Shown here in pieces: positions 1 through 10,999 of a DNA stretch of 33,534 bases (the first letter of the stretch is position 1; every line of letters begins with the position of its first letter). The notes beneath the pieces are model-generated. The model worked only from the letters and a program-made list of their open reading frames with translations. It searched no databases and had not been told where the DNA came from. The position numbers and the translations under genes are program-made. This DNA comes from Octopus bimaculoides. Lineage: Eukaryota. The stretch spans positions 8,963,279 to 8,996,812 of the forward strand of contig NC_068998.1 of assembly GCF_001194135.2 (NCBI RefSeq), written 5' to 3'.

Positions 1-174
1 CTGCCAGCTCCTTATTTCTTGAGTACTTTAGTATCTTATTAGCAGAATGAAAGTTGCTTTTCGGCCAAAACAAACTGTGATGGTGGAATCACTGCTTTCC
101 TCGTGAGAGGGTGGTGGGGTTGTGATTGGGGTTAGAGGGTTTGGGGGAGGTGGTGTGTGGACTGGGTGGCCAGT

Positions 175-429
175 GGTGGTGGTGGTGGTGGTGGTGGTGG
201 TGGGGAGTTCTTGTTTGTTAGTGTTTTTGTATCACTGGTGTGATTTCCGTCATCACCATCACAGAAATCGTACACATCATCATCATTATCATCTTCATCA
301 TACTACTCATTATCATCACTGCAATCATTCTCATCATGACCATCATCACCATCATCATACTAATCACTGACATTGCCATTATTATCACAATCATCATCCA
401 CACCGTCACCTATCCTTATCATCATTAGT

Positions 430-478
<49 letters not shown>

Positions 479-490
479 CCATCATCAGCA
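175..490. repeat. (GGT)n and (CAT)n trinucleotide microsatellite mosaic
   Basis: Directly visible; produces the poly-His/Ile/Met pseudo-ORFs. Confidence 0.95.
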
Positions 491-719
491 GCAGTATAGT
501 CTCCGTGTCTTATCTATTGACACAGATTATCATTCATTCTCTCAACAGTGTGTGCTGTTACCATAGCGATTATTCAACTCAGCATGACTATCTTTATGTT
601 TTTTTTCCCCACCACATACAATGTTAACAAGATGTTCAAACTTTATTTTTAGACTAATGTCATTTAATAGAGCTTTCTAATTTAGCTACTACACCACTAT
701 AATAATTTCATGGGAGTAG

Positions 720-801
720 ATTAGTTGATACCATTAAGCCTAGTATTTTGTTGGCCCTGAAAGGACAAAAAGCAAAGTTGACCGTGATGGGATTTGAACT
801 T
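720..801 (-). mobile_element. Family C SINE fragment, interrupted by later insertions
   Basis: aaagttgacc..ggatttgaact matches the copy at 14600-14731. The next consensus segment (gcattttc) resumes at about 1619-1650. Confidence 0.5.
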
Positions 802-1171
802 CGCTTCCCAGCCACATGGTTCCCGGTTCGGTTCAGCAGGTGTCTTCTAGTGTTACCTTGGGCCAACCAAAGCCTTGTGAGTGGGATTTTGGATTTGGTG
901 GAGGGAAACTGAAAGAAGCCTTCCATGGCTGTGATAAGAAGTTTGCTTGGTTAAGGTCTCCACATGGCTCCAGGTTCTTCTACTATAGCCTCAGGCCACT
1001 CAAAGCCTTGTTAGTGGATTTGGTAGATAGAGATTGAAAGAAGCCTGACATGTGTGTTTGTCATCGTCATCATCATCGTTTAACGTCCGCTTTCCATGCT
1101 GACATGGCTCCAGGTTCTTGTTAGTGGATTTGGTAGATGGAAATTAAAAAGAAGTCCGACATGTGTGTATG
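802..1171 (+). mobile_element. Family A SINE 5' half, present as three partial tandem segments
   Basis: ccacatgg-ttcc..ggttc, aaagccttgt.agtggatttggtaga..gaaactgaaagaagcc recurs at about 802-920, 924-1060 and 1103-1171 and aligns with the full copy at 5075-5445. Confidence 0.75.
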
Positions 1172-1484
1172 TCATCATCATCATCATCATCATCACCGTT
1201 TAACATCTGCTTTCCATGCTGGTATAGGTTGGACGGTTTGACTGAGGATTGGCAAGCTAGAAAGGTATACCAGGCTCTAATCTGATCTGGCAGAGTTTCT
1301 ACAGCTGGATGCCCATCCTAACAATAACCACTCCGAGAGTTTAGCAGGTGCTTTTTTACATGCCACCAGCACGAGGGCCGGTCAGGCAGTACTGGCATCG
1401 ACCACGCTCGAATGATGCTTTTTATGTGCCATCGGCACGGGAAGCAGTCAGGTGGCACTGGCATCGACCACACTCGAATGGTGC

Positions 1485-1486
<2 letters not shown>
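1172..1486 (-). mobile_element. Family B SINE-like element with (GAT)n tail
   Basis: (cat)n-cgtttaac.tc.gctttccatgct..acagctggatgccc.tcctaac plus internal ~60-bp tandem units; aligns closely with 20417-20770. Confidence 0.8.
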
Positions 1487-1519
<33 letters not shown>

Positions 1520-1618
1520 CTTTGTTTCTGTGTTTGTTCCCCCCCCCCCATCACTTGATAACTGATGTTCATGTATTTACATCCCCCGTAACTTAGTGGT
1601 TCGGGGAAAAGAGACCGA
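1487..1618 (+). mobile_element. Family A SINE 3' half: (TG)n linker plus tail
   Basis: tgtttg.ccccc..catcacttga.aac.g.tgtt..tgt.tttaca.cc.cgtaacttag.ggttcg..aaaagagacc matches 5250-5335. Confidence 0.75.
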
Positions 1619-1679
1619 GCGCCGAGGCATTTTCCAGCCAGCCTGCTTGTCCATTGCCATGGTTCAGTATTTATTTCAC

Positions 1680-1716
<37 letters not shown>

Positions 1717-2042
1717 AGTAGTAGTATTAGTAATGTCCACAAATGATATCAATTAAAATTTTTCAGAAATTGTTGTACAACTGCCCAGTGTACTTCTAGA
1801 AGTATGACACTTGTTTGTAGGGCAAAGGATGTGGTGTGTATGTGTAAAAGCACGCAATTAGAAAATCTTACAGCTGGTTTCCTTTAATAACCTCCCACCT
1901 ACATAGGTATGCATTGTTTAAATGTTGTTATATTGGCACCTGTATGTCTGGCAATAAAATCAACAACTGTTGCTGATAATTAGAATATGTTGGGGCTTTT
2001 GTTTACCTGTGTTGCTACATATTTATTCACACTACACTACAA

Positions 2043-2074
<32 letters not shown>

Positions 2075-2089
2075 ACACGTGTGTGTGTA

Positions 2090-2250
2090 TAGGCATGGCT
2101 GTGTGGTTAAGAAACTTGTCTTGTGATCATGTAGTTCTGGGTTCAGACACACTGTGTGTTACCTTCGGACTTGTATTAATATCTCCAGGTTGACCAATGT
2201 TGTCTGGCTGAATCTGGTAACCAGAAAATGTTGAAGCCAGTTGTGTGTAC
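2090..2250 (+). mobile_element. Degraded family A SINE head
   Basis: ggcatggctgtgtggttaagaa (A-box-like) and ctgggttcag (B-box-like), similar to 5075-5135. Confidence 0.6.
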
Positions 2251-2304
<54 letters not shown>

Positions 2305-2479
2305 AATATATGCAGAGAGAAAGAGAGAGAGAGAAGCAATGTGTGTGTATATGTATTCTTTTATTCTTTTATAGTTTTTATTGTTGTTCTTATCCTGTTA
2401 CTGTTCATCGTAATAATCCTGCAAGACAAAATACTGTAAATTGATGCTATTCAAGAGAAAATGGTTTTCTATTACAGTT

Positions 2480-2865
2480 TTTCATCGTCGTCGTCATCCT
2501 CGTCACCACCATCATCTTCATCATTAGCTTTTCTTTATTTAGTCAATTGTTTGTTTATTTATTTAATTTTCTCTCATCATAACCCGAGGTGACTTAAATC
2601 ATCTTTGATCATATTTATTGATTGATTTATTTATTAGCTTATTTTTATTCATTTTTATCATCATCATCATCATCATCATTGTCAATAGCAATATTAACAA
2701 AGATAATTTATGTAGTAATAATAATATTAATGATTATACAGAATAACAATAGCAATTGATTAGTGTTAATAATAGTAATAATAATAATAATAATAATAAC
2801 AATAATAATAATGATTTCTAATATAATGATTTTCTAACATTGCTGGTGGTTGTGGTGGTAATAAT

Positions 2866-2908
<43 letters not shown>

Positions 2909-3020
2909 GAAACAACAACAACAATAATAATAATTATAATGATTATGATAATAAATATGATAATGATAAAAATAAATACAATAATAATAATAATAATAAT
3001 GATGGTAATATTAACGATGT
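2480..3020. repeat. (CAT)n and long (AAT)n microsatellite region
   Basis: Directly visible. Confidence 0.95.
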
Positions 3021-3346
3021 TGATTTTTGCTTTATCTTCAAGAATTCTTTCCAACTTTGGCCTTTGAACTGATTATTCTTTGTCTTTGGGTGGTTTCTTT
3101 TGTTTATCTTTGTTTTATCTCTTTTTCAAGTGAAGAGGGGTAGGGGGTGTTTCGTTTTATTTATTCTCTTTATTTTTTTTTTTTTTTTTTTTTTTTTTGC
3201 AAGATCTTTTAAAGTTTCTTAAATTTTTTTTTTTTTATTTGTATTTCTTTTCTTTTTTTTTTTCTTTCCCCGAGAAAAGTGTTTTTTAATCTTTCTTTAG
3301 TTTGAAATATCTCTTTTTCTCCTTCACTTCTCACTTGAGATTTTAT

Positions 3347-3428
3347 TGTGTGTGTGTGTGTGTGTGTGCATGTGTACATATACATATATATATACATATA
3401 TATGTTTGTGTGTGTGTATGTGTGTATG

Positions 3429-3472
<44 letters not shown>

Positions 3473-3705
3473 AACATATGCATGCATGTGTTGTGTGCAT
3501 GTATACACATACATATGCATGGATAGATAAAGAGATAATAAATACATTGATTCATCTAAGATATGTGTGTATACATACACACACACAAATAGGTACATGA
3601 AATGATGCATTGTGGGCATGATGTGGTGTGTGTATATATATTATATCTATATATGTATATATATTATGTGTGTCTGCACGCATGCACATACATAGTAGTT
3701 GTTTC

Positions 3706-3800
<95 letters not shown>
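3347..3800. repeat. Compound (TG)/(TA)/(CA)n microsatellite running into a gap
   Basis: Directly visible. Confidence 0.95.
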
Positions 3801-4797
3801 NNNNNNNNNNNNNNNNNNNNNNNNNNNNNNNNNNNNNNNNNNNNNNNNNNNNNNNNNNNNNNNNNNNNNNNNNNNNNNNNNNNNNNNNNNNNNNNNNNNN
3901 NNNNNNNNNNNNNNNNNNNNNNNNNNNNNNNNNNNNNNNNNNNNNNNNNNNNNNNNNNNNNNNNNNNNNNNNNNNNNNNNNNNNNNNNNNNNNNNNNNNN
4001 NNNNNNNNNNNNNNNNNNNNNNNNNNNNNNNNNNNNNNNNNNNNNNNNNNNNNNNNNNNNNNNNNNNNNNNNNNNNNNNNNNNNNNNNNNNNNNNNNNNN
4101 NNNNNNNNNNNNNNNNNNNNNNNNNNNNNNNNNNNNNNNNNNNNNNNNNNNNNNNNNNNNNNNNNNNNNNNNNNNNNNNNNNNNNNNNNNNNNNNNNNNN
4201 NNNNNNNNNNNNNNNNNNNNNNNNNNNNNNNNNNNNNNNNNNNNNNNNNNNNNNNNNNNNNNNNNNNNNNNNNNNNNNNNNNNNNNNNNNNNNNNNNNNN
4301 NNNNNNNNNNNNNNNNNNNNNNNNNNNNNNNNNNNNNNNNNNNNNNNNNNNNNNNNNNNNNNNNNNNNNNNNNNNNNNNNNNNNNNNNNNNNNNNNNNNN
4401 NNNNNNNNNNNNNNNNNNNNNNNNNNNNNNNNNNNNNNNNNNNNNNNNNNNNNNNNNNNNNNNNNNNNNNNNNNNNNNNNNNNNNNNNNNNNNNNNNNNN
4501 NNNNNNNNNNNNNNNNNNNNNNNNNNNNNNNNNNNNNNNNNNNNNNNNNNNNNNNNNNNNNNNNNNNNNNNNNNNNNNNNNNNNNNNNNNNNNNNNNNNN
4601 NNNNNNNNNNNNNNNNNNNNNNNNNNNNNNNNNNNNNNNNNNNNNNNNNNNNNNNNNNNNNNNNNNNNNNNNNNNNNNNNNNNNNNNNNNNNNNNNNNNN
4701 NNNNNNNNNNNNNNNNNNNNNNNNNNNNNNNNNNNNNNNNNNNNNNNNNNNNNNNNNNNNNNNNNNNNNNNNNNNNNNNNNNNNNNNNNNNNNNNNN
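3801..4797. other. Assembly gap (largest). Other gaps: 7185-7208, 12130-12298, 17322-17731, 19144-19499, 20399-20408, 24522-25215, 28035-28621
   Basis: Runs of N, most bordered by microsatellite tracts. They create the long X-containing ORFs. Confidence 0.98.
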
Positions 4798-5074
4798 TCT
4801 CTCTCTCTCTCTCTCTCTCTCTTTGTTTTTTTTCATTTTCTCATTTCTTTGTTTTAAAGATTTTTTTTGTTTTCATTTGCTAAGTTCTCATTTGGATTTG
4901 AATTCAGTTGTTTTTTTTTTTTTTTTTTGTTTGTTTGTTTGTTTGTGGTCTATTGAGTGTATGTATTGCTTTTTTGCTTTTTTTTGTTTTGTTGCCTGCA
5001 AGCATTTTACATGTCTTTCTGAATTGGCCAGATCTGGCCTCTCACACTTACCCTACATCATACTGAAAATTAAC

Positions 5075-5445
5075 GCAGGAGTGGCTGTGTGGTAAGAAGC
5101 TTGCTTCCCAACCACATGGTTCCGGGTTCAGTCCCACTTTGTGGCACCTTGGGCAAGTGTCTTCTACCATAGCCTCGGGCCGAACAAAGCCCTGTGAATG
5201 GATTTAGTAGACGGAAACTGAAAGGAGTCTGTCATGTGTGTGGGTGTGTGTTTGTGTTTGTCCCCCCACCATCACTTGACAACCGGTGTTGGTGTGTTTA
5301 CATTCCTGTGACATAGCAGTTTGGCAAAAGAGACCAATTGAATAAGTACTAGGCTTACAAAGAATAAGTCCTGGGGTCGATTTGTTTGACTAAAAGCAGT
5401 GCTCCAGTATGACCCCAGTCAAATAACTGAAATGAATAAAAGAAT
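5075..5445 (+). mobile_element. Full-length family A tRNA-derived SINE
   Basis: Pol III A-box-like TGGCTGTGTGG, B-box-like GGTTCAGTCCC (5125-5135), central (TG)-rich linker and aataaaagaat end. It is the reverse complement of the copy at 16646-17105. Confidence 0.85.
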
Positions 5446-5654
5446 CTACTTCTCTCTCTCTCTCAGTGTCCAAGTTGGAAACCGTTAAGGGGTATCTGGA
5501 GTCGCAGTCGGCAAAACTATACCGACTCTGATTCCGACTCACAGCATCTTTATTCTTTAATATAAACCAGTAGTAACATATATATTTCTTTATTGCCCAA
5601 CAGGGGGCTAAACACAGAGGGGACAAACAAAGGGATTAAGTCGATTGCAGCCTA

Positions 5655-5775
5655 ACCGGGAAACAAGTGAAGGTTAGCAACAGGAAGAGCATCCAGCCGT
5701 AGAAAAACTGCTTCAAATAAATCTTGCCTGACCCCTGCAAACGTGGAAAAAGGGGTCATTAAATGATGATGATTA
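5655..5775 (+). mobile_element. SINE 3' tail fragment ending in (TGA)n
   Basis: caggaagagcatccagccgtagaaaa..ctgacccctgcaaacgtggaaaa..cattaaatgatgatga, the same tail module as family B and 10880-10940. Confidence 0.6.
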
Positions 5776-6144
5776 TTTTTTGAAATAGTGTTTAGCTGGT
5801 TGAATGCATATTTTGACAGTTCCTGTAGAGAATATGTATATTGAAATATTCATTTCAACGGCTTGTGTGTGTGTGTGTGTGTTAAAAGTGTGTTTGCTTG
5901 CAGACTGAACTGAACTGGGCTGTTTCAGATTGAAAGAACGTCAAACTGAACAAGACAAGTTTGCGAGGTATTTCAAGAAAATGGATCTGTCAGTTAGATA
6001 TAGCTAAATCTACGAAGAAGCAGAGAGAAACATTTGAGAGACAGAAAGGCATCCAGACAAATAGGGGACGGAAGAGGGAGACGAGGGAAAAGTTACATTC
6101 ATAAAACATGTCTAACAAGAAATTTGGCAATTTTTAGAATTAGA

Positions 6145-6367
6145 TAAACCCTTTTGATACCAACCCACCTGAAACCACCTGTGGCTCGACAAAATTAGCT
6201 TCTTGTCTTAAAGTGATCTACATTAAAACCTATGGAAATTTTGTGTCAGTTTCCTTGACAACAGCCTTAATGGTGAAGTTATTTAATAGATGCTTCCTTG
6301 TTTTTCAAAATTTATCGAAACAAAGGCATTGTGCTTCAGCAGGAATATGCTAATCCTATTAGGGTTT
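6145..6367. mobile_element. Possible decayed piggyBac-like MITE
   Basis: Ends aaaccct...agggttt (7-bp inverted repeat) with (T)TAA-CCCTTT-like start. Family assignment is from memory of octopus repeats and is weak. Confidence 0.3.
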
Positions 6368-6422
6368 CGATAATGTAAAGCAGTAGTGAAGTACTGGTGT
6401 TGATGTAATTGATGATGGAAAA

Positions 6423-6629
6423 TTGAATGCTGTGGAAAAAATAATCAGCGATCCGTCTTTTAAACGAGCACTTGAAAAACAGTCACGTTTTGGCCTGAAC
6501 ATGTTGGTAACATTTTGCAGTAAGGTGGGTTTGTCCAAAGTTGGAATTCTTAGTCACATGAGATCTCATTACGGTATTTGCCAATTGAAGAGATGGGCTT
6601 CTTTTGTGAAGAAGTGGCAACTCCCATAA
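6423..6629 (+). pseudogene. RTE-clade LINE 3' end remnant: ORF C-terminal C2H2-type zinc finger plus terminal hairpin
   Basis: Translation ..FKRALEKQ..VTFCSKVGLSKVGILSHMRSH has C-x12-H-x3-H spacing (first Cys lost) and matches the RTE/BovB-type C-terminal motif CGRVCxSRIGLxSHxRTH. A 6-bp stem-loop cttctt-ttgtg-aagaag follows at 6598-6614. Confidence 0.6.
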
Positions 6630-6729
6630 CTCTGTCAAAAGTTTATAAAATACCTATGATGTCAGTAACATTTAATTCTTGCTGTTAAGAATGAAGCTCC
6701 TAAAATGGATGGAGAAAGAAAAACAAAGG

Positions 6730-6799
6730 ATTGCTTTTGTCCAATGGTAGAATGCTTGTCATGTCCACAGGAGATGTGGGTTCAATTCCAACTGGCAGC
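6730..6799 (+). pseudogene. Decayed tRNA-like sequence (tRNA pseudogene or isolated SINE head)
   Basis: D-arm gtcc-aatggta-gaat, 5-bp anticodon stem cttgt/acagg with 7-nt loop catgtcc, T-arm gtggg-ttcaatt-ccaac, partial acceptor stem. Invariant U33 and purine-37 are absent. Confidence 0.55.
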
Positions 6800-7441
6800 T
6801 TTCAACTTTTTCTGGCTAAAAGGGTTTTTCAACCCAATATTTACATGCTGTTGTTTAAAGTTGTAGGTAATAATGTGCTTTGAGAACCATTATTCTGAAA
6901 AATGAATTATTTCACGTCTTTTATAAAATCCCACTGACATCAACATATAGTGTGTGTGTGTGCCTGTATGTATGTATGTATGTATATGTGTGTATATTGG
7001 GTGCAGTGACTAGACTCTTATGAAACCTATATAACCAATGTAGTTTTCTGTAGCATGTGTAACACACGCACACACGTGTATATAATAGTTGTATGTTTTG
7101 GTTATCAGATATAGAACTACTAGAAAATTTCCATGTCCCTACTATCATGATACAGGCAGTATATATATATATATATATATATATNNNNNNNNNNNNNNNN
7201 NNNNNNNNATATATTCATGTATACTATACATACAGGCCTGCATATATATGTACACGTATGCACACACATACCTTAGGTTATTTATTCATTGTGCGTGTGT
7301 GCATGCGTGCATGTGCATATATACATACACAAACACAGACACATGCATGTTTGGTGCCAGGTGTGCATGTTTGCAACAGGTTTGAATATGTGCTAAAGAC
7401 TTGATTGCTATGTCTATCAAACCTAGATAGTTTTATGTAGC

Positions 7442-7482
<41 letters not shown>

Positions 7483-7618
7483 CATGAAAACACATACACA
7501 AACTTACACACACACACACACAAATACACACTCTCTCTCTCTCTCTCTTTCTTTCTCCCTTCTCTGTGCTATGTCTCCCACCTTTTCGTTCCTTTATTAT
7601 TTTTTTTTCTTCTGTTAC

Positions 7619-7753
7619 CTGAATGAATGACTGTAGTCTTCAAAGGGCAAGGTATAAATGTGCGATAGCAGTTGCAGATTAATAGCAGAGCTGCATGAGG
7701 CCATTGAGATGTATTGATTTGATATTGTAGTGACTACACACAAACTCCGGCAC
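7619..7753 (-). CDS. Candidate 135-nt symmetric (phase 2-2) internal exon, unrecognised peptide
   Basis: Acceptor gtgtgttttgatgtag|G, donor CAG|gtaaca, and a 44-codon open frame CRSLCVVTTISNQYISMASCSSAINLQLLSHIYTLPFEDYSHSF. No family recognised. Confidence 0.25.
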
Positions 7754-8627
7754 CTACATCAAAACACACTTAGACATATGTCTGTGTGTATATATATATA
7801 TGTATACACTTGCTCGCATATCGACATGGTTGATATGCACTTCCATCTCGAGTGTGTGTTACGTATTTCTATATTTTCTTCAGACGAATAAAATTGAATG
7901 CATGTATATACACAGGTGTACATATACAGTAATTTAGGCAGGTGTATATGTGTATGTGTGTATATGTCTGTGTGTGTGCATGTGTGTGTACTCTTATTTG
8001 CATCTCATGATACACATGCACATACGTATACATTCGTGTGTGTGTGTGTTTGTTTATATGTACATATCTATCAAATTTTATTCGTGTGTAATGTGCGTTA
8101 TTTAATATGGAACATCAGACTCAAAGGTAGAATGTCGACGTTATATATTTGAATGTAAAAATGAAAAAAAAAAAAGGATAAGATATATTGTAGATTTAAA
8201 AAATTTTTTCAGTTAGGCTTATATTTGGAATTGCTATGTTCTTTGAGTAAAGACAGAATATATTTGTGTGTGTATATATGTATATACATGCATGTGTTTT
8301 AAGGCTAGAGTTTTAAACAACAGTATATATGCTTACTGATGAAAGACCTCGAATACTTTTAGCTCAATTAAGTTTATAGCACATATTTGGTTAAGCGCCA
8401 CTTCAAGTGTTTCTTCTGGGTGAATAACCTCCAAGAAGCAGCACTTGATGTCTTAGTCAACTGCTTGATTCCAGGACAGTTTAGCTTCGTTTATCTGTGA
8501 AGCATGTTGAGTTTTCTTAACTTAGTATATCTGTAAAGGGATCTTTCCCCTGATGATTCCTGCAGTTTCTCTCTCTTCTCTGATGTACATACCTTTGACA
8601 TAGTTATGTCTCACACATACACAAATG

Positions 8628-8658
<31 letters not shown>

Positions 8659-8664
8659 GCATAT

Positions 8665-9033
8665 GTGGAGGCGCAATGGCCCAGTGGTTAGGGCAGCGGA
8701 CTCACAGTTTCAGTTCCCAGACCGGGCGTTGTTAGTGTTTATTGAGCGAAAACACCTAAAAGCTCCACGAGGCTCCGGCAGGGGATGATGGCGAACCCTA
8801 CTGTACTCTTCCACCACAACTTTCTCTCACACTTACTTCCTGTTTCTGTTGTGCCTGTAATTCAAAGGGTCAGCCTTGTCACACTGTGTCACGCTGAATC
8901 TCCCCGAGAACTACGTTAAGGGTACACGGTGTCTGTGGAGTGCTCAGCCACTTGCACGTTAATTCCACGAGCAGGCTGTTCCGTTGATCAGATCAACTGG
9001 AACCCTCAACGTCATAAGCAATGGAGTGCCAAC
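8665..9033 (+). mobile_element. Family E tRNA-derived SINE, near full length
   Basis: Perfect A box TGGCCCAGTGG (8677-8687), shortened tRNA body with degenerate B box gtttcagttccc, ~300-bp non-repetitive body, inserted in (TA)/(CA)-rich DNA. Confidence 0.75.
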
Positions 9034-9256
9034 ATACATATATAAAACGTGATTGACTCGACTATGAGATATTCTTATAGGTCACTAGTCACAATGTGCT
9101 TCACTCTGCATTGATTTAGCTTTTGAATGATGCCATCCCATTGGCTAGACAAGCGGGTCAACATTCCCCCTGATCGAAAAGCTAGTCCATTGCAGGGTTA
9201 TCCTCTTTTCTTATAAAATAAGGGAGGTGAGAGAGGAGATGCTTATTATTATTATT

Positions 9257-9814
9257 GACAGAGAGAGCAGTGCATGCCATCAAAGTGACACTGGGGTAAA
9301 GCATATGAAGCCCATTATACCCATCATGACCACTCATCTGATAAGGGTACACCAGGCACGTGCATCTCAACCATATGTGCGCGACATAGTGATCTCATAT
9401 CAAGATAAACAGTGCATGACCTCGCAGGTGGGGCCCCGTTAGAATTTTCTTTAGGTCGAGTAGTCCCATCTCGCTCAAAATGTGCTGGAATAAAGGTTGG
9501 TTAAGGATGGTAAATGAAACACCCATGTTTCCAGAGGTGAATTATCCAAACCCCAAAGAATTTCTCTCAACACATGGCTATGATGCTCCCCCACTACTTC
9601 TTGTGATCAGAGATGCACATATCGTCAGCCACCAAGGGACATGCTCAACTGGTTACGGTCGGTCAAACAACTGACAAGCAAATCTATGGTATAGAGCAGA
9701 ATATTTGCTGTAGCCCATCTTTTATACCAAGAGAAAACAATGTACATGATAACACTTCCAATCAATTAAGATCAGAAGCCATGAGAGCCACTGCCTGGTA
9801 CTGCATCCGGGCAT
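9257..9814. mobile_element. Unclassified 558-bp non-coding interspersed element bounded by (ATT)n on both sides
   Basis: Complex-sequence block with sharp edges between (tta)n at 9243-9256 and (tta)n at 9815-9841. No long ORF. I recall the sequence as an octopus repeat (not verified). Confidence 0.6.
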
Positions 9815-10269
9815 TTATTATTATTATTATTATTATTATTTAGCAGTATTGTAATTTTTATTATTATTATTATTTAGCAGTATTGTATTTGTTTTAATTC
9901 TGACAATTTGGGTTTCTCCATTTCCATGTCATTATATAAGCTGACTGGTTCACCCTTTTCTTTCAGAGAAGTGATTTCATCTGTTGGAAATTGATGCACC
10001 AATAAGAATACTTTCTCTCTCTCCACCCTTTACTTGATAGTCTTTGCCAAGAATGTCCAACCAAGTTGCCTTAATCTGTCTGTATGTCTCTGAGCAAACT
10101 AATGAGTCCGTTGCACCCCTCCACCCCAACTACCATCCAGCTAATTACTTTGCAAGTCAGTTGCTGCTTTTGGCACAGTGTTAGAATCCTATTTTCAGTA
10201 CTTACAAGCCAGGGAAAGAACTACTGCATGAACTGCTAAAAATAGCAGCCAAATCTCAAATCTTCTTTC

Positions 10270-10500
10270 AAATTACTGTCTTGTGTCCTTGGTCTTGTAG
10301 GGCCGGTTGCTCAGTTTCCATGGCGTATAAATGACAGAGGTTGCAACATCCCACCACTGAATGGGATGGGAACCTGTCACAGGGTTATTCATTTACAGCT
10401 GAGTGGATTTTAAGGAAATGTGAAATGAAATGTCTAAGGGAATAAGCTTGCTTGGTAATTGAACCTGGAACCAATTAACAACAGCACCTAGCATGCTCTA
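10270..10500 (-). mobile_element. Degraded family D SINE; a related fragment lies at ~9120-9200
   Basis: gtcacagggttattcatttacagctgagtgga..tgaaatgaaatgtct..aattgaacctgg (reverse B-box-like). It shares the gtc...cagggtta motif with 9185-9200. Confidence 0.45.
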
Positions 10501-10519
10501 CAGTATAATTACTTTGTTG

Positions 10520-10940
10520 CAAGCATGGCTGTATGGTTAAGAACCTTGCTTAGCAACCACATTGTTTTGGGTTCAGTCCTACTCTGTGGCACCTTAGGTG
10601 AGTGTTTTCTACTATAGCCCCGGGCTGGCTAAAGCCTTGTGATTAGATTTGGTAGATTAGTGAAGCTTCTTCATGAACAAGCTCATTGTGTATGTATGTT
10701 TGTGTGTCTTTGTCTTAGTAGTTGTAAATGAGTATCCCTGTCATACAAGCAGTGTCATTCTGAATATTATTTTAGCAAATTTAAAATGATTTCTTTTGTG
10801 CTGTAAACCATTTACCATTTCTATGGTGCCCCCTCCTTCCCTTGATTTCCTAAGCATGTACTTAATGGTTAATCCAGTGCTGACAGGAAGGGCATCCAAC
10901 TGTAGAAAATCTACCTCAACAAATTCTGTCCAACCCATGT
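10520..10940 (+). mobile_element. SINE with family-A-type tRNA head and family-B-type tail
   Basis: Head gcatggctgtatggttaagaa..gggttcagtcc..aaagccttgtga; tail caggaagggcatccaactgtagaaaa..aacccatg at 10880-10940. Confidence 0.65.
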
Positions 10941-10999
10941 GCTTTCAATTCTGTCTTGATTGCACCATTTTTTTTTTCCATCTCAACAACCAAAATCAC

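Noticed and set aside
5052-5062. Minus-strand 11-nt mini-exon (ttttcag|tatgatgtagg|gtaagt)
   Set aside because: It lies in probable repeat-derived sequence abutting a SINE insertion, and two of three frames contain stops.
3602-5095. Long ORFs of 200-500 aa in the track (here and at 17157-17947, 18768-19765, 24386-25293, 27916-28739)
   Set aside because: Their length comes from N-gaps translated as X plus stop-free dinucleotide repeats (HTHT, YIYI, CVCV). There is no protein signal.
5075-5140. Functional tRNA genes at SINE heads (also 8665, 10520, 17105, 23959)
   Set aside because: They have A/B boxes but no complete cloverleaf or oligo-T terminator, and they continue into shared SINE bodies.
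5929-5967. Plus-strand 39-nt exon candidate encoding LKERQTEQDKFA
   Set aside because: Short pyrimidine tract, weak donor (gtattt), and no recognisable homology.
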